A DNA stretch of 64,000 nucleotides, taken from Trueperaceae bacterium. Its GTDB lineage: Bacteria; Deinococcota; Deinococci; Deinococcales; Trueperaceae. The notes beneath the pieces are model-generated. The model ran no database searches, was not told the origin of the DNA, and worked only from the letters and a program-made list of their open reading frames with translations. The stretch is taken from the NCBI GenBank assembly GCA_965215565.1, contig CBDCDZ010000004.1, positions 2,528,001 to 2,592,000 on the forward strand, given 5' to 3'. This document shows positions 1-8,603 of this stretch, piece after piece. Position 1 is the first letter of the stretch. Each line of letters opens with the position of its first letter. A program made the position numbers and the translations under genes.

Positions 1-1360
1 ATCCGCGCTTCTCATTTTTACGCACGTCGATGAGCCCCAGAATAGAGTAGAAGCCGAAGCGTTTATACACGAACGCGGCTAAGAGCGTGTTGTAGACCGC
101 CATGCTGGTGGCGGTGGCGGTGGCTGCGCCGACCATCCCCAAGCGCGGAATGAGCAAGAGGTTCAAGGCGACATTCAGAACAGCGCTCGTACCGATGGCT
201 TTGGCGGAGTCGCGCTCGTGCCCCGTCATGTTGAGCATCTGCCCGACGGAGCCAGCGGCGGCGTCTACGAGAAAGCCCAAACTGAGCACAGCTAACGCGG
301 CGTGTCCGGCGGGAAATTCGGGTCCGAAGATGCGCAAGAAGGGGCCTCCGAAAAGGATGAGCCCGAGCGCGAGAGGTAAAGAGCAGAGGAAGATGATGCG
401 GGTGGTGCGGCGAATCGTAGACTCGAGCTTCTCCCGCTCTCCCTGCGCGTAGAGCTTCGCGATGACGGGCGAGAGCGCCGCGTTGACCGCCGCCAACACG
501 AACGCGATGAGCGCCGCGCCCTGCGCCACAATGCGGTAGATGCCCACCTCAGTCTGCGTGCCCAAAAAGCCCAGCATGATGATGTCGGTGCGCGCGTTGA
601 TGATCAGCACGCCGCCGATGAGCAAAAAGGGTAGGGCGCTGCGGAGCCACGCGCCCATCTGATAGTGAGGCGTAGCCTGCGTGACCTCTCGAGCCAACGC
701 CCGCCGCAAAAGCCACGCGCCGACGAGGAATGATACGCCTGTCGCGGCGACGGACATCCCAACCGCCCACGCCGCGTTGAACTCCGAGCCGAGGAAGAGG
801 TAAGCGCCCACGACAAACGCGATAAGCAAAACCGGACGCACCAGCATCTCCGGGACTTGCCCCGCAATCACGTGGTTGAGACCTCTTAGCGCCGCTTGGC
901 GCACCAGCGTCAGCGCCGCCAGCGGAAGCGAACTGAACGCGACGATGAGCGCTAGCGAAGAGGGAGAGAGCCCTTGAACACTCCAAACGATGAGCGTTGC
1001 GGTGAGCGCGATGAGCAGCGAGGCGAGGAGCGCCGCGCCGTTCGCCCACCGCAAGATTCCTTTGAGGTGTCCCCACGCTTCCCTAGTCCGGTAAACCGAG
1101 ACCTCTCTTACTAATAGCTCGCCTAAGCCGAGCACGGCGGGGATAGTGAGCAAATTGACCCAGGCGAACGCCAAAGCGTACGCGCCGAAAGAGGTCGCGC
1201 CTAAGAGGTTGGTTAGCAGGATGCTCGAGGCGAACCCCAGCCCCGTCCCACCCACCTTGAGCGCAAACGTGCCGAGTGCGCCCCTGGCGGTCTTTCCTCT
1301 GACGGCGTCGTAAAGTCGGGATGGTAGCGTAGCCGTTCCTATGTTTTTCAGCGTGTTCAA
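1..1360 (-). CDS. Wzx/MATE-like oligosaccharide flippase (3' end runs off the window)
   Basis: Manual translation from TTG at 1360: ...GALGTFALKVGGTGLGFASSILLTNLLGATSFGAYALAFAWVNLLTIPAVLGLGELLVREVS...; many TM helices. Missing from the ORF track because there is no stop inside the window. Confidence 0.8.
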   Translation of the reverse strand, partial: MNTLKNIGTATLPSRLYDAVRGKTARGALGTFALKVGGTGLGFASSILLTNLLGATSFGAYALAFAWVNLLTIPAVLGLGELLVREVSVYRTREAWGHLKGILRWANGAALLASLLIALTATLIVWSVQGLSPSSLALIVAFSSLPLAALTLVRQAALRGLNHVIAGQVPEMLVRPVLLIAFVVGAYLFLGSEFNAAWAVGMSVAATGVSFLVGAWLLRRALAREVTQATPHYQMGAWLRSALPFLLIGGVLIINARTDIIMLGFLGTQTEVGIYRIVAQGAALIAFVLAAVNAALSPVIAKLYAQGEREKLESTIRRTTRIIFLCSLPLALGLILFGGPFLRIFGPEFPAGHAALAVLSLGFLVDAAAGSVGQMLNMTGHERDSAKAIGTSAVLNVALNLLLIPRLGMVGAATATATSMAVYNTLLAAFVYKRFGFYSILGLIDVRKNEKRG

Positions 1361-1621
1361 ATCGCGTGCCCCCGCGAGTAAGTTGAAGTGAAAGGATGCC
1401 TAAGCGGGGCTCCTTATCTCTAGGATACCAGCATGACAAGTCTTAATGAGGATTGATGAAGGTGCAGCGTAGCGAGCGTTCCCCGTCCACTATGAGCGTA
1501 GCCAAAGCATGAACGCCTTTGGGTTATGCGTTCATGCTCACGTCATCTATTTGACGGGGTCAAGCACTTGACGGAGGACCTGTGCGCGCGGTGCTTCAAT
1601 AGGGTCCGAAAGGGGTTCAAA

Positions 1622-2125
1622 ATGAATAAAGTCGCAGTTATACTTATTATGCTCATGCTAAGTCTGGGTTTCGCTCAGGACACGGGAGGGATGAGCGATA
1701 TGGCGTCTGCCGAACTGTCCGCGACGACGGACAGCGGGACGCCCGAAGCTTACACCGAGGAACGCTGGCAGGAGGCGAGCGGAACGGCGTCTGCCTCGTC
1801 ACAGTCCGAGGGTGAATACACGGTGCGCTTGGAGGCGAGCGGCTTGGTCCCGGATGGGCTCTACACCACCTGGTACGTCATCCCCGGTACCCTGGGCACG
1901 TCCGCCGGGCAAGAAGTAGGTCCTGCGGGGGGTGTGCCCAACGAATTTCGCGCGGACGCCCAAGGAAGCGCCACCTTCGAATTCACGGTGCCCGCCGAGA
2001 ACGACTACCGAGACCTCGTCGTCGCCTACCACGCGGACGACATGACGCACGGCGAGATGCCGGGCGCGATGGGCGAGGTGACGTTTGCTCACCTGATGAC
2101 GGCTTTTCCTGCGCCGAGCAATTAG
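1622..2125 (+). CDS. Secreted hypothetical protein
   Basis: AAGGGG RBS, then MNKVAVILIMLMLSLGFAQ signal peptide; His/Met-containing C-terminus (YHADDMTHGEMPGAMG...HLM). Confidence 0.7.
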   Translation: MNKVAVILIMLMLSLGFAQDTGGMSDMASAELSATTDSGTPEAYTEERWQEASGTASASSQSEGEYTVRLEASGLVPDGLYTTWYVIPGTLGTSAGQEVGPAGGVPNEFRADAQGSATFEFTVPAENDYRDLVVAYHADDMTHGEMPGAMGEVTFAHLMTAFPAPSN

Positions 2126-2253
2126 ACTTTAACCTCAATAAGACCAAGTATGAGTGAGGCGGGTGAGCGCAGATATCGTCTCAGAACGTGCGTGCTAGAC
2201 ACCGCTTTGCATAGTGAGACTGGCTCAAACCAGATGAACTTAGTATAGAGTTG

Positions 2254-3192
2254 TCAAGCCCCCTTCCACCTCTGTGGGTGCTGCTGAGTGACTTGCAGCA
2301 TGAAACGAAAGAGTTCTCTTGCGAGATAGGTTTTGAGACTTCTTAGAGCAGCCCGGCGGGTCTTGCCTTGCTGCTGTTTCTTGTCGAGATAGGCTCTTGT
2401 CGGTTCGCTGTGGCGCAGTCTGACTTGGGCAATCATGTGAAAGGTGCGGTTGAGCCGACGGTTGCCGCCGATGTTGAGTTGCCTTCTCTTCTGACCACCA
2501 GAAGAGCGCTCGACAGGCGCACAACCTGAATACATGGCAAAGGCGTGTTGTGAACGAAAGCGTCGGATGTCACCTGCTTCAGCAAGTAGCGTGGCGGCGT
2601 GAACGACGCCGACGCCAAAGACCTCTAAGAGTTCAGGCATCAGTTCGTCAACGAGGGCTTTCATCGCCTGCTCGAGCGTCTTGAGTTGTTCTTTAAGCAC
2701 TGCAATAACGGCTTCGACGGCTTGGCGAGCCACCTCTAGCTCAAGGCTCGCTAAGCTCAGCTTGTGCGCTGTAAGCTGTTTAGCTAGCGCTTCTCGGGTG
2801 CGGGTCAGATGTTTGAGGTCTTCAACCGCTTGCCGAGGTGCAAACGTAGTCAGCTCAGGATTAGCCAAAGCAGCCCGAGCTACGTTTTCAGCGTCTACCT
2901 CATCACTCTTCTTGCGTCCTCTTTTGCTGCGGTACTGACTCGTCAGACTCGGACTAATGTCCACAACCTTATGGTCCTGCCCGAGCAACGCTTGACTCAA
3001 CCTCCGAGCAAAGGGGTTATTCGCCCCTTCAATAGCGCACCGCTGAACGTCATAGCGCTTTATCCAGTGCTCCAAAGTTGCCAAGCCCTCAGCCGTATTC
3101 GTAACGGTGCAGTGACCTAATACCTTGCCCTGTTTATCTAACGCTGCTGCGGTATGGCTCTGCGGATGTGGATCAACCCCTATAATGACCAT
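2254..3192 (-). CDS. IS110-family DEDD recombinase/transposase
   Basis: IIGVD, IEG and KSDEVDA RuvC-like DEDD residues; C-terminal GCAPVERSSG and GNRRL motifs; AAGGAGG RBS. Confidence 0.95.
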   Translation of the reverse strand: MVIIGVDPHPQSHTAAALDKQGKVLGHCTVTNTAEGLATLEHWIKRYDVQRCAIEGANNPFARRLSQALLGQDHKVVDISPSLTSQYRSKRGRKKSDEVDAENVARAALANPELTTFAPRQAVEDLKHLTRTREALAKQLTAHKLSLASLELEVARQAVEAVIAVLKEQLKTLEQAMKALVDELMPELLEVFGVGVVHAATLLAEAGDIRRFRSQHAFAMYSGCAPVERSSGGQKRRQLNIGGNRRLNRTFHMIAQVRLRHSEPTRAYLDKKQQQGKTRRAALRSLKTYLARELFRFMLQVTQQHPQRWKGA

Positions 3193-3199
3193 ACAACCT

Positions 3200-3350
3200 C
3201 CTTAGGTTGCTGCTCACGGTAGCTGCTTATCCGTCTATGAGGCTACTAAGCGTCTTAGTATCAGGCAAGCTCCGTGTAGCTTAGTGAGCGAGGTGTGCAG
3301 TTCATCTGTTAGCCCTAAAGCTGATACTTGCTGGGCATCACCTCGCTTCT
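3200..3350 (-). ncRNA. Putative IS110 bridge RNA (target-binding and donor-binding loops)
   Basis: GCGAGGTG/CACCTCGC stem encloses AGCAAGTATC and CAGATGA (target guides); the next domain holds ATACTAAG and ATAGACGGA (donor guides). RNA ends are approximate. Confidence 0.8.
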
Positions 3351-3413
3351 CTTAATATACGGATACCTGCTAGTAGAAGGCTCGCCCTTGAAAATAAGAT
3401 AACCTTGTGTAAC

Positions 3414-4060
3414 GTGACAAAAGCCATTATCTTTGACCTTGATCAAACGCTGATTGATAGAACGAAAACATTTCAACGTTTCCTCGAGGCACAGTATTTC
3501 CGTTTCCAGAATGACTTAAATGCCGTGTCTAGAGACCTCTTCATCTCGACAATTCAACATTGTGATAACAACGGGTATACACCGAAAAGAGAGGTTTATG
3601 CTCAGGCTTGTGCGGCGTGGGGCTCGAGCTTAGCGGCGAACTCCACGCTGACTTTGAAGAGGTCTACGGTCAAGAGCCCATCTTATTTGAAGGGGCTAAA
3701 GAGGTGCTTAGGGCGCTACAAGCACATTACAAGCTCGGTTTGATTACGAACGGACGAAGCCAAAGTCAAAACGCCAAAATCGATAACGCTGGCATCCGTG
3801 AGTTTTTCGGCTCGATCAAGATTTCAGAAGAAGAGGGCGTCAAAAAACCAAACCCTATCATTTTCGAGCGTTGTGTCAATCAGCTTGGCGTCACTTCAGA
3901 AGAAGCGGTCTATGTAGGTGACCATCCTGAGAAAGACATTATGGCGGCTCGAGCGGTAGGGCTTAAAGCGGTTTGGGTACGGAATGCTCACTACTCTAAA
4001 CCTAAAAGTGCCGATGGTGCTATCGGTCATCTTAGTGAACTTGTGGACCTCATAGTTTGA
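3414..4060 (+). pseudogene. HAD-superfamily hydrolase, frameshifted near 3610-3625
   Basis: Motif I (IIFDLDQTLID) lies in ORF 3405-3743; ITNG, KPNP and VGDHPEKDI lie in the overlapping ORF 3608-4060. Confidence 0.75.
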
Positions 4061-4090
4061 AGTAGGAGATTAGAATTGTATATGTTTAGG

Positions 4091-4966
4091 AGACCTCTTG
4101 CAAAAGTAGACATATAGCTGCAAAGTAAGGCTATGCGATACGAAGAGATTAGAGGACTAGCGCCAGAAGGGTTCAGACGTTTGACAGGCGTCAAGCCTGG
4201 TGTGTTCAAACAGATGCTCGACGTTCTAGGAGAAGCTGAACGGCAGAAGAAGAAGGCGGGACGCACAAGCAAACTCAGCTTGGAGGACAAACTGCTCTTA
4301 GCGCTGTCGTACTGGCGCGAATACAGGACGCAGTTTCATATTGCGGCGAGTTACGGACTGCACGAGTCCACAGCGAACCGGATCATCACACGGATTGAAG
4401 ACGTACTCATCGCTTCAGGCAAGTTCAGCTTACCTAAAAGGCGCGAGGTGGAAGAGATTGAGTGGACTGTCGTCTTGATTGATGTCACCGAGACGCCTAT
4501 TGAGAAGCCCAAAAAAAGGAGCGACGTTACTTTAGCGGAAAAAAGCAGCGCCACACGCTGAAGAGTCAAGTGCTGGTAGACGCAAGTGACACGAGGATTC
4601 TTTCAACAGCCCACGCCAAAGGTCCCAAGCACGACTACAAGCTGTTCAAAGAAACAGCCCCTAGGTGTAAACCTGAAGTCTGGTACGTCGCTGATAGCGG
4701 CTATCAAGGCTTAGCAACGCGTCATCCACAGACCTGCTTGCCCGTCAAAAAGCCTAAGGGCGGTGAGCTTAGTGATGAAGCCAAACAACACAACCGCGCT
4801 CTAGGACGCTTCCGCATCGCGGTAGAACATGTGATTCGTTCGCTCAAGATCTGGCGTATCCTCAAAGAAACTTACCGTAATAGGCGCAAGCGCTTCTCCT
4901 TACGCTTCAACCTCATCGCCGGGCTCATCAACGCCAACCTCGATTCATGACTTTTGCAAGAGGTCT
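4091..4966 (+). mobile_element. IS5-family (ISL2/IS702-like) insertion sequence, 876 bp
   Basis: Perfect 17-bp inverted repeats AGACCTCTTGCAAAAGT (4091-4107) and ACTTTTGCAAGAGGTCT (4950-4966); 3-bp AGG duplication at 4088-4090 and 4967-4969. Confidence 0.92.
4133..4950 (+). CDS. IS5-family DDE transposase in two frames joined by a -1 shift at the A7 run (4511-4517)
   Basis: HTH part (FRRLTG...KLSLEDKLLLALSYWREY), LIDVTETPIEKP, then the -1 frame reads YFSGKKQRHTLK...ADSGYQG...RIAVEHVI. Confidence 0.85.
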
Positions 4967-4969
4967 AGG

Positions 4970-5566
4970 GAAGAACTCGAGGTCATCTTTGGCGAACAAG
5001 CGTTAGAGCTAGGCTTATTCTATAAAGTTGAGGTCGCACTCCGATTCGAACTGAGTTTGGGAGGCTCGTACATCGATCAATTCAGTACCGCCTTTGACCG
5101 TGGACGTACGATATTGGCTCAAGCTTTTGAAGGCGCTGAAAGGTTTGTTTTCATTATCAGCACCTTCAGCACAAATCCTCCTCGCTTCAGCCATCTAGCT
5201 TTACGTTCACTGAAAGATTGTGGAATCGGCGTTTCTCGACCTTACGAGTACTGGTGCATCGAGCAAGATTTAGGAGCTTTCACGTCAGAAAACAGAGTAT
5301 TTATCGCATTTGAGGGTACGAAGGAACAAATTGGTTATGCCCTTTGGGGCGCTTTAGCTAGAGACCTTGGTATAAAGCCCAAGCTATCTTGTAGTGTTCA
5401 TGTCGCCGCACCTGAACTTGGTATCTTAGCGCATCCCTACGATGATAGAGGAATGGACCTTATCGGCCCGAATCAGTCTCGCTTAAAGTCTTTGTACACC
5501 GAATTTGACAGTTGGCTATTGAATTATGACAGAGAGAGGATGAATAAGATTATCGGAACCCTCTGA
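4970..5566 (+). pseudogene. DUF3885-like gene, separated from its start codon (ATG 4082) by the IS5 element
   Basis: HPYDDRGMD motif. ATG TTT AGG at 4082-4090 joins in frame to GAA GAA CTC... at 4970. Confidence 0.7.
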
Positions 5567-5606
5567 GTACCTCGAGAAACCTTCGCATCCTGTATATTTT
5601 TCAAGC

Positions 5607-5637
5607 AAAAGGGAGTGGGTAGCAAGCTACCCACTCC
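5607..5637 (-). terminator. Rho-independent terminator after ugd
   Basis: GGAGTGGGTAGC/GCTACCCACTCC stem followed by a T-run on the minus strand. Confidence 0.75.
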
Positions 5638-5666
5638 TCGAGCATTTCTGAAGATCTACAGAACGA

Positions 5667-7022
5667 CTACTTCCCAACCCCCACATACGTCAGCCCATGC
5701 TCCTCAACCTCACTCGGGTTGAGCATGTTGCGAGCGTCCATGATGAGGTCGCCGCGCATCCGCGCCTTGATCTCCTCTAGGGGCAAGTGCTTATACTCTT
5801 GCCAGTCAGTGACAACTACGAGTGCGTCGCAGCCCATCGAGAGGCATTCGACGTCTTCGCAATATTCGACGGGCAAGTCCGGGTAGAGCCTGCGGGCGTT
5901 CGCCATCGCGATGGGGTCATGCACGCGGATGACCGCGCCGCGTTCATGCAGGTGCTCGATTAAGGTCAGCGCGGGCGCGTCGCGTAAATCGTCGGTGTTG
6001 CCCTTGAAGGCGAGCCCCATGAGCCCAATCGTCGTGCCGCGTAAGACTTTGAGGTGCTTTTGCAGGCGGTCGATGATGTGAAGGCGCTGCTTCTGGTTGA
6101 CCTCGATGGCGGACTCGACGATGGACATGTCGTAGTCGTAGCCTTTGGCGGTAGCGATGATCGCGCGGGTGTCCTTGCCGAAGCAGGAGCCGCCCCAACC
6201 GATGCCCGCGTTTAAGAACTTGGGGCCGATGCGCGTGTCCAAGCCGATGGCGCGCGCCACCTGGGTGATGTCCGCGCCGATATGTTCCGCTAAGCCCGCA
6301 AATTCGTTGATGAAGCTGATCTTGGTTGCTAAAAAGGAGTTGGCAGCGTACTTGGTCAGCTCGGCGCTGGTGGGCGTGGTGGTGATTAAGGAAGGCAGCG
6401 GGTAGCGTTCGGGGCGTGGGGTCTCGCTGGGGGCGTCGAAGGTTTGCTCCAAAAGAGGTGCGTAGAGTTCGCGGAGCATCCCGATAGCCGTCGCGCCGTC
6501 TGCGCCGATGACCACGCGGTCGGGGTAGAGCGTGTCGTGGACGGCTTTACCCTCAGCGAGAAACTCGGGGTTCGAGGCGACGGAGACGAAGGCCTCGACA
6601 CCCTGCTTTTCCAAGGTGCGCTGCAAAATTCCTTCGACGTGGCGCGCGCTGCCGACGGGCACGGTGGACTTATTGACCACGACGAGCTGCGCGCCCGGCT
6701 CGATGCGCTCGGCCACCTCTTTAGCGGCGGCGTCCACATACTGCAAGTCCGCGTCGCCATTGCCTTTGGTGGGCGTGCCTACGGCGATGAAGACGACGCC
6801 TTCGCCTTTGAGAGAAGGGATTTCCGTCTGGAAGCGCAAGCGGTTTTTAGAACTCCGTAAAAGCTCCTCTAAACCGGGCTCGTGAATCGTGGAGGTGCCC
6901 GTCTTGAGCGTTTCAACGATTTGCGGGTTTTTATCTACGCAGGTGACTTTGTGACCTAAGTAGGCTAGTGCGACGCCCGTGGTGAGTCCGACGTAGCCTG
7001 TTCCGATGATAGTGACGTTCAT
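5667..7022 (-). CDS. ugd: UDP-glucose 6-dehydrogenase
   Basis: IIGTGYVG, VNKSTVP, SNPEFL, GWGGSCFGKD, AFKGNTDDLRD. Confidence 0.93.
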   Translation of the reverse strand: MNVTIIGTGYVGLTTGVALAYLGHKVTCVDKNPQIVETLKTGTSTIHEPGLEELLRSSKNRLRFQTEIPSLKGEGVVFIAVGTPTKGNGDADLQYVDAAAKEVAERIEPGAQLVVVNKSTVPVGSARHVEGILQRTLEKQGVEAFVSVASNPEFLAEGKAVHDTLYPDRVVIGADGATAIGMLRELYAPLLEQTFDAPSETPRPERYPLPSLITTTPTSAELTKYAANSFLATKISFINEFAGLAEHIGADITQVARAIGLDTRIGPKFLNAGIGWGGSCFGKDTRAIIATAKGYDYDMSIVESAIEVNQKQRLHIIDRLQKHLKVLRGTTIGLMGLAFKGNTDDLRDAPALTLIEHLHERGAVIRVHDPIAMANARRLYPDLPVEYCEDVECLSMGCDALVVVTDWQEYKHLPLEEIKARMRGDLIMDARNMLNPSEVEEHGLTYVGVGK

Positions 7023-7024
7023 GC

Positions 7025-8320
7025 TTAACCTCTGCTTTCTGAAATGGAGTTGACGCGGTTGACTTGAGGGGTTGAGGGAGATTGCGGTGTCGGCGTTTTA
7101 GGAGGCGCTATAGCGGCGCGTAAAAAGATAAGAAGCGTGGCGAGCAGCGCGCCCGCGAGGACGGCGAGGATAACGCGCGAGGTGCCCGGCGCGGTGACGG
7201 GCGCGCCAGGTATGCTGGCGCGGTCTAGGAGTCGCGCGGTGCTCGGGACGAGTTCGCGCAGGTAGGCGGCGCGCACTTGGGCGTCAGCGGCGCTCTGAAA
7301 GGCGGTCTCGGCGCGTTCTGCGGCGCGGCTAAGGTCGCGCCCCCGCTGCTCCGGCGCAGCGGCAGGCTGAGTCTGGAGCGCCTCTTCGATGCGCTGAAGT
7401 TGCGCCTGTAAGCTCTCCTGTTCCGCGAGAAGCCCGCTCAAGGTGATCTCTTCGCGCTGCACGTCCGCCATGCGGCTCGGCGTGTTCGTCTGGCGCTGGG
7501 CGCGCAGCGTTTCCAGCCTAGCTCTCGAGGCGTCAGCGGCGCGCGACAGCGACCGCAGTTCCGCTTCGCCCTCGACGAGTTCGGCGGTCAGCCCCTGGAC
7601 CCTAGCCGCCGCGAGGCTGCCTTGGTTTTGCGCCTGAAAGTCTTGCAGTTGCGTCTGGGCGCTCTGCAAGGTCTTTTCGAGCCGCGCCGCCGCCGCGCCC
7701 GTCGCCGCTTCTATCTCGCTCAAGGTTGCCGCGCGCAGGTCATGCACCGCCGCCACCGTACTCTGCGCCCAGGCGTCCGCTAACGCTGCCGCGCGCTCGG
7801 GCTCGGGGAGGGTAACGATGTGCGTGACGACTAAAGACACGTCCTCCCCTGTCTGGTTCGGCCTGGTGTCGCGCCGCAGGCTGCCCGCCGCCCTGAGACC
7901 TGCCGCGCCCATATCGGTACCGGGCACACGGCTGAGCGCGTCCTCTAGCACCGCGTCGCTCAGGGCGAGTTCGCGGTACGCTTCGAAGGGGACCGCGCCG
8001 CTCCGCTCGAGGCTCAGGCGCTGCCCTGCCCCAGAAGACTCGCCCTCGACAGGCAACGGTGAAACGAGCACCGCCGCGCTCGCCACGAAGACGGGCGTAT
8101 GCCGCAGCGTGGACGCGAACGCTAGAGCGCCCGCTAAGAGCGCCGCCCCGATGATCCAGGGAAGCCCGCGCCTAAAGACGAGGTAAAGCTCCCGCAAGGA
8201 GACTTCGTCGTCTTTAAGGGACTCGTCTCTTGGAGGCTCGTCTTTTAGCGTGCGCCTCGCCCGCTCAGACGCAGCGGCTGGCACGCCGTTCGGCGCGTTG
8301 TTTGTAGTGGATTCTGGCAC
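7025..8320 (-). CDS. Wzz/GumC-like polysaccharide co-polymerase
   Basis: DEVSLRELYLVF start, two flanking TM helices, coiled coil, Pro-rich segment before TM2; 2 nt upstream of ugd. Confidence 0.75.
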   Translation of the reverse strand: MPESTTNNAPNGVPAAASERARRTLKDEPPRDESLKDDEVSLRELYLVFRRGLPWIIGAALLAGALAFASTLRHTPVFVASAAVLVSPLPVEGESSGAGQRLSLERSGAVPFEAYRELALSDAVLEDALSRVPGTDMGAAGLRAAGSLRRDTRPNQTGEDVSLVVTHIVTLPEPERAAALADAWAQSTVAAVHDLRAATLSEIEAATGAAAARLEKTLQSAQTQLQDFQAQNQGSLAAARVQGLTAELVEGEAELRSLSRAADASRARLETLRAQRQTNTPSRMADVQREEITLSGLLAEQESLQAQLQRIEEALQTQPAAAPEQRGRDLSRAAERAETAFQSAADAQVRAAYLRELVPSTARLLDRASIPGAPVTAPGTSRVILAVLAGALLATLLIFLRAAIAPPKTPTPQSPSTPQVNRVNSISESRG

Positions 8321-8603
8321 AGACCTGAACTTTCTTTAGAGCGTTGTGTCGGCACGCGAGCGCCGTTACCATAAACTTAGCAAGTATACAAGATTTTGTA
8401 AGTGACAGATGATAGCGCCCCCGCCGAGCCTAGGCGTTAAATTCACGACCGGCTTACTTGTTAGCTCACCCAGTGGCTTACCTGATGGACAATGCGCGAC
8501 TCGCCCCCGAAGGACAATTTAGCAGGCAGCCTCGGAATCTTGACCGGAAAATAGTGCGTTCCAGCGTGCTCTACTGGCGGCAGCACGCTCGCCCGTATCG
8601 GCT

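Larger units (their letters stand above)
2238..3363 (-). mobile_element. IS110-family insertion sequence (about 1.13 kb), 2-bp core TC (GA on + at 2236-2237 and 3362-3363)
   Basis: Removing 2238-3363 restores ACCAGATGATACCTGCTA, a repeat end found intact elsewhere in the window. No terminal inverted repeats; long non-coding end upstream of the recombinase. Confidence 0.9.

Noticed and set aside
102..1439. Short ORFs 102-452, 292-531, 549-1076, 604-867 and 1083-1439
   Set aside because: Alternate-frame or antisense shadows of the flippase gene that runs off the window edge.
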